DNA of 64,000 nucleotides from an uncultured Clostridia bacterium (GCA_944381185.1 CALWKE010000002.1:302882-366881); one strand, 5' to 3'. Positions 39,336 to 50,247 are shown, counted from the first letter of the stretch. Notes: generated from the letters alone by a model not told the origin. Made by a program: numbers and translations.

Positions 39336-41173
39336 AATTCATCCACCTTTTTAGATTTTAATTTTAAAGTTATATCTTTAATTCTTTCTGCAAGTTCTTT
39401 CTTTTTTAAATTGTCAACTTCCCCCGAATATTCATCTGTTAACTCTTTCAGTTTGATTTCAAGGTAGTTTTTAAATATCTTCCATAAACAATCATCATAG
39501 TATTTTTTTTCACTCTGCTCATCTTCAAAAGAACTTGCCCCATAGTTAATTATATCAACAATTGCAGATTGATTATCATCATCGTAATCATTATAGAGTT
39601 TATCAATCAAATTAACAGCAGGGTTTTCATTGACCGCATCAGTAATAAGCCTGTATATTTCCCGCCTTTTGCCTGAAAACAAATATGTGACATCTGTTTT
39701 AAAATACGCATATGGTTTTTTATGAATAAGAGAGTATAAAATATATTTTTCTGCCTTAACAACAACATTGTTTTCATCAATTTCAGTTTCTTCATCAATA
39801 CTTTGTTGTGTTTTCACTGCCGAAAACTTGCTTTCTATTTCTTTAAAAATAGGCTTGCCACTTTGTTTTTTCTCAATTTCCCTTTTAATAAAATCAATAT
39901 TTGTTGATGCAATTTCACTAACCATTGGAGTATAAAGTTCTCTTTCAACCGAACTTGAAAGTTCAGCAAGCACATCAATAGCATCATTTAAATACTTAAC
40001 TCTTCCATCAACTTGGGTTAAATCATATTTAGTTTTCAAATATTTAAGTTTAAATTCAACAAGTGGAAGTGACTCATCTAAAATCTTTTGATAGCCCTCT
40101 CTTCCATAAGTTTTGATAACATCGTCAGGGTCAAATTTATCAGGAAGTTGAACAACCATAACATCTAACCCATTTTCTTTCAAAATATCAAGCCCGCGAA
40201 GTGTAGCATTTTGCCCTGCTGAATCTCCGTCATAACAAATATAAACTTTATCAGCAAAACGTTTTATCATCTTTGCCTGACTTTGTGTTAATGCCGTTCC
40301 CATGCTTGCAACTGTCATTGTGAAACCAGCCTTATGAAGTGAAATCGTGTCCATATAACCTTCAACCACAATAACATAAGGTATTGGTCCATTTTGTCTT
40401 TGTTTCTTTAAATAATTAACAGCATAAAGTGTATTTCTTTTATTAAAAAGTTCTGTTTCAGCCGTGTTTAAATATTTTGCAAAGTTTGGGTGCGGTTCAA
40501 GAGTTCTTCCGCCAAAAGCAATAACATTTCCATATATATCAATAATCGGAAATATAACTCTTTTGGCTAGTGGATCATAAACCTTTCCATCTTTCTTTTT
40601 AATAACCCCAACAGCCATCATTTCTTCAATGGTATAGCCATTTTTCAACAAAAAATCAGGAAGTTCATTAAACCCTTCAGAATATCCCAGTCCAAATCGA
40701 TTAATAATTGGCTCTGTTAACTTTCTGTTATCAAGATATTCTCGTGCAATTTTTGCTGTTGGCTTAAATAAATTTTCATAATAATGACGAGCCGTCAATT
40801 TCATTAATGAAATAAGCCTATCTTTTCGTTTTTTTGCAACAGCAATATTTTCACCATTTTTTGAACCCTCAAAACTATCAGGAACTTCCATATTTGCCCA
40901 GCTTGCAAGAGTTTTTACTGCTTCTGGAAAGGTTTGAGATTCAATTAACATAACAAATTTAATAACATCTCCACCCACATGACAGCCATAGCAATAAAAC
41001 ATGCCATCAATATCATTTATGCAAAGTGATGGCGTTTTTTCACCATGGAATGGACATCTGCACCAATAATATCTTCCCTTTCGTTCTAAATGAACATATT
41101 TTGAAGCGACTGAAACGAGGTCATTTTTTTGTTTTAGTTCTTGTTTAAAGTCTTCAAAAGATTGCTTTTCCAA
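39332..41173 (-). CDS. dnaG: DNA primase
   Basis: [10 protein letters not shown]...CYGC zinc finger, KYLNT, VEGYMD and YDGDSAG TOPRIM motifs; TTG start with GAGGGG RBS. Confidence 0.97.
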   Translation of the reverse strand: MEKQSFEDFKQELKQKNDLVSVASKYVHLERKGRYYWCRCPFHGEKTPSLCINDIDGMFYCYGCHVGGDVIKFVMLIESQTFPEAVKTLASWANMEVPDSFEGSKNGENIAVAKKRKDRLISLMKLTARHYYENLFKPTAKIAREYLDNRKLTEPIINRFGLGYSEGFNELPDFLLKNGYTIEEMMAVGVIKKKDGKVYDPLAKRVIFPIIDIYGNVIAFGGRTLEPHPNFAKYLNTAETELFNKRNTLYAVNYLKKQRQNGPIPYVIVVEGYMDTISLHKAGFTMTVASMGTALTQSQAKMIKRFADKVYICYDGDSAGQNATLRGLDILKENGLDVMVVQLPDKFDPDDVIKTYGREGYQKILDESLPLVEFKLKYLKTKYDLTQVDGRVKYLNDAIDVLAELSSSVERELYTPMVSEIASTNIDFIKREIEKKQSGKPIFKEIESKFSAVKTQQSIDEETEIDENNVVVKAEKYILYSLIHKKPYAYFKTDVTYLFSGKRREIYRLITDAVNENPAVNLIDKLYNDYDDDNQSAIVDIINYGASSFEDEQSEKKYYDDCLWKIFKNYLEIKLKELTDEYSGEVDNLKKKELAERIKDITLKLKSKKVDEL

Positions 41174-41260
41174 TATTTTCCCCCTCGTTTTAGCCTATTA
41201 TATAATTTATTCACAATAACAATATTCGAAATTTTTTTTAAAAATCCTTTACATTATAAA

Positions 41261-41286
41261 AAAAACATACTAAATAGTATGTTTTT
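41261..41286 (-). terminator. Terminator after the LRR lipoprotein
   Basis: AAAAACATACTA/TAGTATGTTTTT inverted repeat just past the stop at 41304. Confidence 0.7.
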
Positions 41287-41303
41287 ATAAAAATTAGTTA
41301 TAT

Positions 41304-43637
41304 TTATACATTATAAATAATTTCTGATATATCTTCAATCTTTGTTATTTCAATTTTATCACTTGTATTTGCAAGTGTTAATAAATATGCATACTTTGTG
41401 CTTTCATGTTCAAACTCAATGTAATACATTCCACTTGATGAAATTGTATCAAGACTGAACTCAAAAACAAATTCACTTTCAACATATTCAAAAGTGTATT
41501 CAGTATCATTTAATGATTGATAAATTTCAATGTTTGAATTTGAACCAGCCACCGACACGCTTTCATCTGTTTTAGCAATAACTTTTATATTATTAGGCAT
41601 TACTCCGGCATTTAAAAACGCATCTGAAGCAATAGCTATTTGAGATGTAACATAAATATATTCAAGACTGCTTGAACACCCCATAAATGACCTAGGCATA
41701 ATTCGTGTAACTGTTTCTGGAATATAATAAATAGCATTTTCCAGTGTTTTTGGATAAGCCAAAAGTGAAACTTTTTCATTATTACTATTAATTTCAAAAA
41801 GAACACCACTATCATCTGTAGCAAAATTTAAATTATTTTCGTTAACAGCAAAGCTATTAATATTTGAATTTGAAAACACACCTGTTCCAAGCGATGAAAC
41901 ATTCTCTGGAATTGTAAATAACGTTATATTTCCAACACCTGAAAATGCATAATTACCTATAGTTGTCAAATTTTCACAAACTTCTAAATTTATTGAAGAT
42001 AAGTTTGAACAATAATTAAAAGCATATGCACCAATTGTTGTCAAGTTAGAATTTTCATTAAACACAACTTCTTCCAAACTACTACAATTAAAAAATACAT
42101 TGTTTGAAATAATTTCTAATGAAGCAGGAATTGTTACGCTTTCAATATCTTTTCCACTAAACACACCACTAATAATTGCAGTCACTCCATCTGGAATAAC
42201 AAGATTTCCTGAAAGTGTTGCTGGAGCCATGATTATTACATTATTTAAAATAACTATTTCAGTTTGACTATTATACCATTTGGTATCTTGAAGTGTTGAA
42301 ATATTGAATTGCATAGGGTCTATTGAATTTGAAAATGTTATATTTTCAAGGTTAATACAACCAGCAAACGCATAATCATTGACAACAGATATTGAGTTGC
42401 TCATAACAAAGGTCTTAAGAGCCGTGTAATTTGCAAAATAGTATGAAGGCAAAGATGTTACACTATCACCAATAACAATAATTGTTTCAACTGTTTCAGA
42501 TAAATTTCCATAAAATTTAGAAAAATTATCTTCAGTTGGAAGTTCATAAATAATGTTTGAAATTGAAATAGTCTTTAAATTATCACAACCTTCAAACATT
42601 AAGTTACCTAAATTTGTTATATTTTCATAAACAATAACCTCTTCAAGTGCTGTGCAATTTTCAAACACATTATCACCCAAAGTTGTTAAATTTGAATAAT
42701 TTAAAAATGAAGTGTCTTCAAGTGAAGTGCATCCACGAAAAGCGTAATTATCAATGGTTATAAAATTTGAATTTAACTCAACACTTTCAAGTTTTGTGCA
42801 ACCATCAAAAATTGATTCTGGCAAAACACTAATAATGTTTTGAACCTTTGAAAAGTCAACAAGTTCAAGATTTAAACAGTTTAAAAATGCTCTTTTACCG
42901 ACAGATTCAAGTGTTTGGGCAAAAACTGCTTGTGATATTTTTGTTCCGCTAAATGCTTCTTCTCCAATATTATTAATTATTGAAAAATCAATACTTTCAA
43001 GTTGTGAATTTTTAAATGCACCACTTTCAATATTAAGACTAGGTGTATACGTTACAATTTCTTTTATATTTGAATTTTCAAAACAATTAGCAGAAATTGA
43101 ATTGACTGAATAATTTTTGTCATCAACTCTATAAACTTGAGGAATAACAATAGTGTCAAATTCATCACTAAAGCCAACAACACTAGCCGTTAAATTTTCT
43201 TCATTAACGCTATATTCAAGTTCTCCAATTTCAAAATATCTAACAAAATCAGTTTCATTCCAAGATGCATAAATTGAAATTGTTTCGCCCTTTTTCCCTG
43301 TAACTACATTCCCTTCAACAGGTTCATCATTAGACAAGTAACACCAACTAACAAAATATTCATTTAACTCGTTTGAAATTGAAGGCAAAACATAATCTTC
43401 ACCAACATTTTTTGTTTCAGTAACATTTTCATATAGAAAGTTAAATTTTTCAGGCAAATTATAATCAACTGAAACTGAATAAGTTTCAATCTCTGGCTCA
43501 ACTGGAACAACTGGTTCCTCAGTGCCTGTATTACCGCCCGGATTATTACCCTTTCCACTGCAACTGCATGCAGAAAACACTATTGATATTGGAATAACTA
43601 AAACCAACAATAAAATTAATTTTAATTTTTTTATCAT
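41304..43637 (-). CDS. BspA-like LRR_5 lipoprotein (777 aa)
   Basis: Lipobox FSAC; many IGxxAFxxCxxL repeats. Confidence 0.88.
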   Translation of the reverse strand: MIKKLKLILLLVLVIPISIVFSACSCSGKGNNPGGNTGTEEPVVPVEPEIETYSVSVDYNLPEKFNFLYENVTETKNVGEDYVLPSISNELNEYFVSWCYLSNDEPVEGNVVTGKKGETISIYASWNETDFVRYFEIGELEYSVNEENLTASVVGFSDEFDTIVIPQVYRVDDKNYSVNSISANCFENSNIKEIVTYTPSLNIESGAFKNSQLESIDFSIINNIGEEAFSGTKISQAVFAQTLESVGKRAFLNCLNLELVDFSKVQNIISVLPESIFDGCTKLESVELNSNFITIDNYAFRGCTSLEDTSFLNYSNLTTLGDNVFENCTALEEVIVYENITNLGNLMFEGCDNLKTISISNIIYELPTEDNFSKFYGNLSETVETIIVIGDSVTSLPSYYFANYTALKTFVMSNSISVVNDYAFAGCINLENITFSNSIDPMQFNISTLQDTKWYNSQTEIVILNNVIIMAPATLSGNLVIPDGVTAIISGVFSGKDIESVTIPASLEIISNNVFFNCSSLEEVVFNENSNLTTIGAYAFNYCSNLSSINLEVCENLTTIGNYAFSGVGNITLFTIPENVSSLGTGVFSNSNINSFAVNENNLNFATDDSGVLFEINSNNEKVSLLAYPKTLENAIYYIPETVTRIMPRSFMGCSSSLEYIYVTSQIAIASDAFLNAGVMPNNIKVIAKTDESVSVAGSNSNIEIYQSLNDTEYTFEYVESEFVFEFSLDTISSSGMYYIEFEHESTKYAYLLTLANTSDKIEITKIEDISEIIYNV

Positions 43638-44578
43638 AAACCGCTCTCCTTTATTCCAAACTCGTTATTTTCTCCATTAAATTCAATACAACTATAATTG
43701 AATAAAAATTCAATATTTTGTGTTTGCACCATTTTTGATTTATCCGTAGCAATGATCAAAACAAAATTTGCGTAGCAATCATTTGCGTCAAAACTATTCA
43801 AAATATCAACAAAGTTTGGCAACACTTCATTTTGTTTATTTTCGTAGTCACAATCAACAGAATTACTATTAAAATCAAAACATGCTTTAAATGTAAATTC
43901 CCACCTAACATTTCTAAAAGATTCAACTGTAAGCATTTGTGTTAAAAGAGTATAACTATCATTAATGCTGTTAACTGGTTTTCCCGCATATGAAATAAAC
44001 GAGTTATTTTTAATGTCATAATTTGCAGTCATAACAAAAATGTTATTTTTATCATTGAATTCACTAGTTGTCTGCTCTAAACAATTAATATAATCACATT
44101 TAATTGCTTCAATAATACCTTTATTTATTTTTAAATTTATGTTATAACAAATGCTCAAATTTTGATTATCATTTTTTGTTATAAAAATATTTAAAGATTT
44201 ATTATCTCTAGCAAAAACATAGTAGTAATAATCTTGGTGATAAAAGATTTTCCCAAGTTCTAAATTATTTTCAATCAAATCAAAAAATGGTTTTGTAACA
44301 TACAAATTATTTAAAATTAAAGTTAAATTTTGAGTTATATTTTCATAATTATGATTGTTAATATTATCGAAATTTAAGTTAATTTTTTCTATCAAATTTT
44401 CAATTTCAGAACTTGAGTTTTTAATTAATTTTAATGCTTCTGTGTTGCTTATAACATAATTATTTGAAGTTATTTGTTCTCCTGTTTGAGTGGAAGGTTT
44501 TTTGTTATCACAGGCGACAAAAAAAGTGAGTGGAATTAAACAAATAACAAAAGTTAAAATTCGTTTCAAAGTTTTCAT
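43634..44578 (-). CDS. Hypothetical lipoprotein
   Basis: ATG at 44578 with GGAG RBS; lipobox FVAC; stop overlaps the next start (ATGA). Confidence 0.78.
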   Translation of the reverse strand: MKTLKRILTFVICLIPLTFFVACDNKKPSTQTGEQITSNNYVISNTEALKLIKNSSSEIENLIEKINLNFDNINNHNYENITQNLTLILNNLYVTKPFFDLIENNLELGKIFYHQDYYYYVFARDNKSLNIFITKNDNQNLSICYNINLKINKGIIEAIKCDYINCLEQTTSEFNDKNNIFVMTANYDIKNNSFISYAGKPVNSINDSYTLLTQMLTVESFRNVRWEFTFKACFDFNSNSVDCDYENKQNEVLPNFVDILNSFDANDCYANFVLIIATDKSKMVQTQNIEFLFNYSCIEFNGENNEFGIKESGL

Positions 44579-44612
44579 ATTAACTCCAAATAACTCAAAA
44601 TTATACAAAATA

Positions 44613-44642
44613 ATTATAAATTTTAAAAATATAAATTGTCAA
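44613..44642 (-). promoter_or_regulatory. Consensus SigA promoter of the lipoprotein pair
   Basis: TTGACA-N18-TATAAT. Confidence 0.75.
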
Positions 44643-44703
44643 ATAAATATACATTCATTATTAATTTATTATTTGTATAGGCTAAATTTATATGTAAAAA
44701 TGC

Positions 44704-44856
44704 AAAATAAAAAATCTATGGGTTGAGCATAGATTTTTTATTTTTTGTTATTAAACCCCACAAAAACACTGTTCAGTGGTTGAGCCTGAACAACTTTTTG
44801 TTTGTGGGTTATGATAGATTATAAAATTAATTACGGGTTGAGCGTAAAAATTTTAT
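44704..44856 (-). ncRNA. Structured ppdK 3' UTR: three hairpins with identical CUCAACC loops; the last also acts as intrinsic terminator
   Basis: GGTTGAG (+) at 44721, 44778 and 44836, each at the centre of a different inverted repeat. Confidence 0.65.
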
Positions 44857-47519
44857 TTTCTAGGATTTTTAATATTTGCTTGTGCAGCAGCAAGTCTTGC
44901 AATAGGAACTCTGAATGGTGAGCAAGAAACATAAGTGAGCCCTACATTATGGCAGAACTCAATTGTTGATGGGTCACCACCATGTTCGCCACAAATACCA
45001 AGTTTGATATTAGGACGAGTTTGCTTTCCAAGGTCAACAGCCATTTTAACAAGTTTGCCAACGCCAACTTGGTCAAGTTTAGCAAATGGGTCAAATTCAT
45101 AAATCTTCTTATCATAGTAAGCACTTAAGAATTTGCCAGCATCATCTCTTGAGAAACCAAATGTCATTTGAGTTAAGTCATTTGTTCCAAATGAGAAGAA
45201 TTCAGCTTCTTTTGCAATTTCATCAGCTGTAAGAGCAGCTCTTGGAATTTCAATCATAGTTCCAACTTCATATGGAACATCTTTCTTGGTGAGTTTATTT
45301 TCAGCAAGAACTTCTTCAGCTGTTTTAACAACAACATCTTTAACATAATTAAGTTCTTTAACTTCACCAACAAGTGGAATCATAATTTCAGCAATTGTTC
45401 CCCATTCTGGGTGTTTCTTTTTGGTGTTAATAGCAGCTTGCATAACCGCTCTTGTTTGCATTTCTGCAATTTCAGGATATGTTACAGCTAATCTACAACC
45501 TCTGTGACCCATCATTGGGTTAAATTCTTTAAGAGATTCAATAATATTTTTAACTTGTTGAACTGTTTTGCCTTGTGCTTTTGCTAAAAGTTCAATATCT
45601 TTTTCATCAGTTGGAACGAACTCATGAAGAGGTGGATCCAAGAATCTGATTGTAACATCTTTGCCTTCCATAGCTTCATAAAGACCTTCAAAGTCTGATT
45701 GTTGCATTGGAAGAAGTTTTGCAAGAGCAGCCTTCCTTTGTTCAACAGTATCAGAGCAAATCATTTCACGGATTGCAGGAATTCTGTCTTCTTTAAAGAA
45801 CATGTGCTCTGTTCTGCAAAGACCAATACCTTCTGCACCAAAATCAAAAGCTTGTTTTGCATCTTTTGGAGTATCAGCATTTGTTCTAACTTTAAGAGCC
45901 TTATATTTGTCAGCCCAAGCCATAATTCTGCCAAAATAACCAGAATTTACATCAGCTGGAACAGTCTTAATTTCTTCTGCGTAAATTTTACCAGTAGAAC
46001 CATCAAGACTCATCCAATCACCTTCATGGAATGTTACACCATTGATTGTGATAACTTTCTTTTCTTCATCAATAGCAACTTCACAAGTATTTCCGCAACC
46101 AGAAACACAGCAAGCACCCATACCACGAGCAACAACGGCAGCGTGAGATGTCATACCACCACGAACGGTCAAAATACCTTGAGCATATTGCATACCAACA
46201 ATGTCTTCTGGAGATGTTTCAAGACGAACAAGAATAACTTTCTTTTCACCTTTATTTTTAACCCAGTCAACAACATCGTCAGCTTCAAAAACAACTTTAC
46301 CTGCAGCAGCACCAGGTGATGCATTAAGACCAGCACCAATTTCTTTTGCAGCTTTAAGTGATTTAACATCAAATTGTGGGTGTAAAAGTTGGTCAAGAGA
46401 TTTTGGATCAATCATCAAAACTGCTTGTTTTTCATCAATCATACCTTCATCAACAAGGTCGCAAGCAATACGAAGTGCAGCAGTTGCAGTTCTCTTACCA
46501 TTTCTTGTTTGAAGCATATAAAGTTTACCTTCTTGAACGGTAAATTCCATATCTTGCATATCGTGGAAATGCTTTTCAAGTTTTGTTGCAGTGTCAAGAA
46601 GTTGTTGATAAACTGCTGGATTGTGTTCTTTAAGAGATGTTTCAACTTTTTCAGGAGTTCTAACACCAGCAACAACGTCTTCACCTTGTGCGTTCATAAG
46701 GTATTCACCCATAAGTCCTGGTTCACCAGTTGCAGGGTTACGAGAGAATGCAACACCAGTTCCTGATGTTTCACCCATGTTACCAAACACCATTGTTTGA
46801 ACGTTAACAGCAGTTCCCCATGAATAAGGAATGTCGTTCATTTGTCTGTAAACATTAGCTCTTGGGTTATCCCATGATCTAAATACAGCTTTAACTGCAC
46901 CCATAAGTTGTTCTTTAGCATCTTGTGGGAAGTCTTTGCCAATAGCAGCTTTATATGTTGCTTTAAAGTCAGCAACAAGTTCTTTAAGGTCGTCAACGGT
47001 AAGTTCAACATCAAGTTTAACGCCTCTCTTTGCTTTTAAAGCATCGATTTTAGACTCAAACTCTTTCTTTGAAACTTCCATAACAACGTCAGAATACATT
47101 TGAATAAATCTTCTGTAAGAGTCATAAGCAAATCTTGGATTATTTGTCTTTTTTGCAAAACCCTCAACAGAAACATCATTAAGACCAAGGTTTAAGATAG
47201 TGTCCATCATACCTGGCATTGATGCTCTTGCGCCTGAACGAACAGAAACCAAAAGTGGTTCAACTGGGTCACCAAACTTTTTACCGTTCTCTTTTTCAAG
47301 CCATGCAATGTGTTCTTCAATTTGTTTTTGAATTTCTTCATTAATTTCTCTACCGTCTTCGTAATACTGTGTGCATGCTTCGGTAGTTACTGTGAAACCA
47401 TTAGGAACAGGAAAACCAAGTCTTGCCATTTCAGCAAGGTTAGCACCCTTACCGCCTAAAAGTTCACGCATGTCTTTGTTGCCTTCAGCAAACTTATAAA
47501 CATATTTTTTTGTAGGCAT
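44853..47519 (-). CDS. ppdK: Pyruvate, phosphate dikinase
   Basis: LLGGKGANLAEM, SMPGMMDT, GGMTSHAAVVAR, GLCRTEHMF, ICGEHGG; ATG at 47519 with AAGGAG RBS. Confidence 0.98.
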   Translation of the reverse strand: MPTKKYVYKFAEGNKDMRELLGGKGANLAEMARLGFPVPNGFTVTTEACTQYYEDGREINEEIQKQIEEHIAWLEKENGKKFGDPVEPLLVSVRSGARASMPGMMDTILNLGLNDVSVEGFAKKTNNPRFAYDSYRRFIQMYSDVVMEVSKKEFESKIDALKAKRGVKLDVELTVDDLKELVADFKATYKAAIGKDFPQDAKEQLMGAVKAVFRSWDNPRANVYRQMNDIPYSWGTAVNVQTMVFGNMGETSGTGVAFSRNPATGEPGLMGEYLMNAQGEDVVAGVRTPEKVETSLKEHNPAVYQQLLDTATKLEKHFHDMQDMEFTVQEGKLYMLQTRNGKRTATAALRIACDLVDEGMIDEKQAVLMIDPKSLDQLLHPQFDVKSLKAAKEIGAGLNASPGAAAGKVVFEADDVVDWVKNKGEKKVILVRLETSPEDIVGMQYAQGILTVRGGMTSHAAVVARGMGACCVSGCGNTCEVAIDEEKKVITINGVTFHEGDWMSLDGSTGKIYAEEIKTVPADVNSGYFGRIMAWADKYKALKVRTNADTPKDAKQAFDFGAEGIGLCRTEHMFFKEDRIPAIREMICSDTVEQRKAALAKLLPMQQSDFEGLYEAMEGKDVTIRFLDPPLHEFVPTDEKDIELLAKAQGKTVQQVKNIIESLKEFNPMMGHRGCRLAVTYPEIAEMQTRAVMQAAINTKKKHPEWGTIAEIMIPLVGEVKELNYVKDVVVKTAEEVLAENKLTKKDVPYEVGTMIEIPRAALTADEIAKEAEFFSFGTNDLTQMTFGFSRDDAGKFLSAYYDKKIYEFDPFAKLDQVGVGKLVKMAVDLGKQTRPNIKLGICGEHGGDPSTIEFCHNVGLTYVSCSPFRVPIARLAAAQANIKNPRK

Positions 47520-47571
47520 AAATTTTTCTCCTTGTTTATTTTTCCAGTAGCAAATGCCACCAGCCATTAAA

Positions 47572-47600
47572 ATTATAGCAAAGCAAAATTTTTAAAGCAA
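47572..47600 (-). promoter_or_regulatory. SigA promoter of ppdK
   Basis: TTGCTT-N17-TATAAT with extended TG. Confidence 0.65.
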
Positions 47601-47665
47601 TAATTTTTTGCAAAAAATAAAATTTTGTAAGATTGTGATAGTCTTTATAAATCTCATTTATAATG

Positions 47666-47695
47666 AAAAAGCGATGTACCAAACTTTGCATCGCT
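47666..47695 (-). terminator. Probable terminator after recO
   Basis: AGCGATG/CATCGCT stem plus U-tract on the minus strand. Confidence 0.55.
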
Positions 47696-47748
47696 AAAAA
47701 AATTAATATTTAATTCTTTTGATCAAATTTTATATTAATCGTTTATTG

Positions 47749-48483
47749 TTATAAAAATTTTTTAATTGACACAATCTCTTCATCTGTTTGAAGTCTAAAA
47801 ATTTTGCAGAGCAAACTAATAACAGATACCAAATCATTTCGTGATAAAAATTTTAAATTCTTAAGATTATCAAAAGTTGCATAATTAATTTTTGTTAAAA
47901 TAGCAACTTCCCCTTTCGAAAGTTCAAGATAATCAAGTTTATTTGAACAGTTTTCACAGATAAGTCCGTTATAATCAAATGAAAACCTAAAATCATTTTT
48001 AACTTCTTTATCACAAATTGCACATCTTTCAAGTTCAATTTTAAACCCAAGCAAATTCATTGCTTCAAGCATAAATTTAATAAAAGCAATCATTGGCAAA
48101 ATATGCTCATAACAAACCAACTTAAAAGTTTTCAATAAAAGCACAAACATATCTTCATCTGGGTCATTCTCTTTAATTGTTTTTTGAATAACTTCTAAAC
48201 AAGCAAGCATAAAAATATAATTATCAAAATCTGCTGTAATATCAAAAAATTGGTCAATGCTTGTGGCATTGATAATAGTATAAAAATTATTTTTCTTGAT
48301 AACAATAAATTCAATAAGTGCAAACGGCTGGCAAGCAAAAGCAAGTTTTGCACCACTTTTTTTTACACCACGAAGCCTTGCATGAATAAGTCCAAATTCC
48401 AAAGAAAAAATAGTAACAATTTTGTCACTATCTAAATAATCTTTTGCTGATATAATAATTCCTTTAGTTTTAATTTCTTCCAT
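47749..48483 (-). CDS. recO: DNA repair protein RecO
   Basis: KGIII..DYLDSDKIVTIFS OB fold, CAIC...CENC zinc finger; era-recO synteny; likely start MEEIKT. Confidence 0.93.
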   Translation of the reverse strand: MEEIKTKGIIISAKDYLDSDKIVTIFSLEFGLIHARLRGVKKSGAKLAFACQPFALIEFIVIKKNNFYTIINATSIDQFFDITADFDNYIFMLACLEVIQKTIKENDPDEDMFVLLLKTFKLVCYEHILPMIAFIKFMLEAMNLLGFKIELERCAICDKEVKNDFRFSFDYNGLICENCSNKLDYLELSKGEVAILTKINYATFDNLKNLKFLSRNDLVSVISLLCKIFRLQTDEEIVSIKKFL

Positions 48484-48569
48484 AGTTATTTTAAAAATTT
48501 GCAATTTATTTGGTTAAACACACAAAAATTATATGATTTTTCAATCAAAATTATAATATTTTGCGTTTT

Positions 48570-48731
48570 TTACATTCCCGGTTGGTTTTCTTCTTCCACC
48601 CCTTTTTGAAGTTCTTTTTGTTTTTCTCGTGCTGAAACAATCATGCCATAATCATTAATATCACCTGTAAGTGAAAATGCTTTCCAACCCAAATTTTCTA
48701 TTTCTTTATAAACTTTTGCTTTGTCTTTCAT
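48570..48731 (-). CDS. Small YqzL-like protein (53 aa; not in ORF track)
   Basis: AAGGAG RBS; MKDKAKVYKEIENLGWKAFSLTGDINDYGMIVS...; WxxFxxTGxIxxY motif; lies between era and recO as yqzL does. Confidence 0.75.
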   Translation of the reverse strand: MKDKAKVYKEIENLGWKAFSLTGDINDYGMIVSAREKQKELQKGVEEENQPGM

Positions 48732-48794
48732 AATCTTTGCTCCTTACATTAAATATTTCCAGTTGCAAAGGTTTTTATTCATTTGAATTTGTTA

Positions 48795-49685
48795 TTAAAT
48801 GTCTTTTTTTGAAAAACCTAAATCAATCAGAGCATTAATATCATCTTTCCAATCCTTTTTAACTTTAACAAAAAGATTTAGCATAACTTTTTTTGAAACA
48901 AGTTTTTCAATATCACCTCTTGCAGATACACCAATCCTTTTAAGCATTGAACCGTTTGAACCAATAATAATTTGTTTGTGTCTTAAATTTTCAGTAATGA
49001 TATTTGCGTCAATTTTAACTAAATTATCACCTTCTTCAAAACTCGATATTTCAACAGCAATGCCGTGTGGAATTTCTTCTTGAAGATATAAAAGTGCCTT
49101 TTCACGAATAATTTCTTGACACATAAACCTAACTGATTTATCAGTATATTCATCTGTTGGATAAAAAGGCTCACTTTCAGGCAAACATTTAACAAGTTCG
49201 TTTTCTAGTTCTTCTATATTAATCTTTCTGATTGCAGATGTCGTTATAAATTTTTTAATAAACTTAAATTCATTAAGTTTAGCTAAAATTGGATACATCT
49301 TTTCAAAATTTGTAACTTCAATTTTATTAACAACAATAAACACAGGACATTTAACCGACTTGTATTTTTCAATAATTTTATAATCTTCTTGATTAATTCG
49401 AAGAGCATCAAGAACAATAACAATGGCATCAACATCGGCAGTTGCCCCATCGGTAGCAACTTTCATGTATTCCCCAAGTTTTGTTTGGGTATGTTGAACA
49501 CCCGGAGTGTCAACAAAAACAATTTGATAATCTTTTGTGTTCTTTATACCAAAAATTCTGTTTCTTGTTGTTTGTGCCTTTGGGCTGGTTATAGAAACTT
49601 TTTCACCCACAAGTTCATTAACCAAACTGCTCTTACCAACATTTGGTTTACCAATAATTGCAACAAATCCTGCTTTAAAACCCAT
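48795..49685 (-). CDS. era: GTPase Era
   Basis: GKPNVGKS, QTTR, DTPG, EIPH, KH domain. Confidence 0.97.
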   Translation of the reverse strand: MGFKAGFVAIIGKPNVGKSSLVNELVGEKVSITSPKAQTTRNRIFGIKNTKDYQIVFVDTPGVQHTQTKLGEYMKVATDGATADVDAIVIVLDALRINQEDYKIIEKYKSVKCPVFIVVNKIEVTNFEKMYPILAKLNEFKFIKKFITTSAIRKINIEELENELVKCLPESEPFYPTDEYTDKSVRFMCQEIIREKALLYLQEEIPHGIAVEISSFEEGDNLVKIDANIITENLRHKQIIIGSNGSMLKRIGVSARGDIEKLVSKKVMLNLFVKVKKDWKDDINALIDLGFSKKDI

Positions 49686-49692
49686 AACCCAC

Positions 49693-50175
49693 CTACACTT
49701 TAATTTTTTTATCTAATTCATTTTCTTTCTCTTGCATAACAGCATAGTCTTCATCTTTTATATGATCATATCCCATTAAATGAAGCATACTGTGAATTAC
49801 AAGTTTTTTACATTCGGCAAACGCTGAATTTCCAAATTCTTTTGCCTGTTCTCGCATTCTTTTTGTGCAAATAGCAATATCGCCAAAATGAATTAAATTT
49901 TTTGAGGTTAAAAGATATTTGTATTCACTATCATTAATGTTTAAAATTTCCCCAGCTTTTATTTCTTTTGATGGAAATGATAACACATCAGTAACTTTGT
50001 CAGTAGAACGAAAATCATTATTTAATTTTTTAATTTCTTTTTCAGTAACAAAAACAATAGCCACATCAAGCAAATCTGGTTGCTTCATACAAAAGATACA
50101 TTGAGATGCAACTTCTTTTGCTAATTTTTTAAGTTCTATTGACGCTCTACCAGTTACTTCAACATTACTTTTCAT
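49693..50175 (-). CDS. ybeY: rRNA maturation endoribonuclease YbeY
   Basis: TDVLSFP, HSMLHLMGYDH. Confidence 0.95.
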   Translation of the reverse strand: MKSNVEVTGRASIELKKLAKEVASQCIFCMKQPDLLDVAIVFVTEKEIKKLNNDFRSTDKVTDVLSFPSKEIKAGEILNINDSEYKYLLTSKNLIHFGDIAICTKRMREQAKEFGNSAFAECKKLVIHSMLHLMGYDHIKDEDYAVMQEKENELDKKIKV

Positions 50176-50247
50176 CTTCTACCTCTAACTTAATTATAGA
50201 TTAATTCAAAGGAAAAGTAAAATATTAAATATACAAAATTTTTATAA

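Noticed and set aside
45699-46766. Plus-strand ORFs up to 206 aa
   Set aside because: Antisense to ppdK; explained by its codon bias.
47633-47650. Rex-like box TTGTGATAGTCTTTATAA upstream of ppdK
   Set aside because: The right half-site is degenerate in AT-rich DNA; not enough support.
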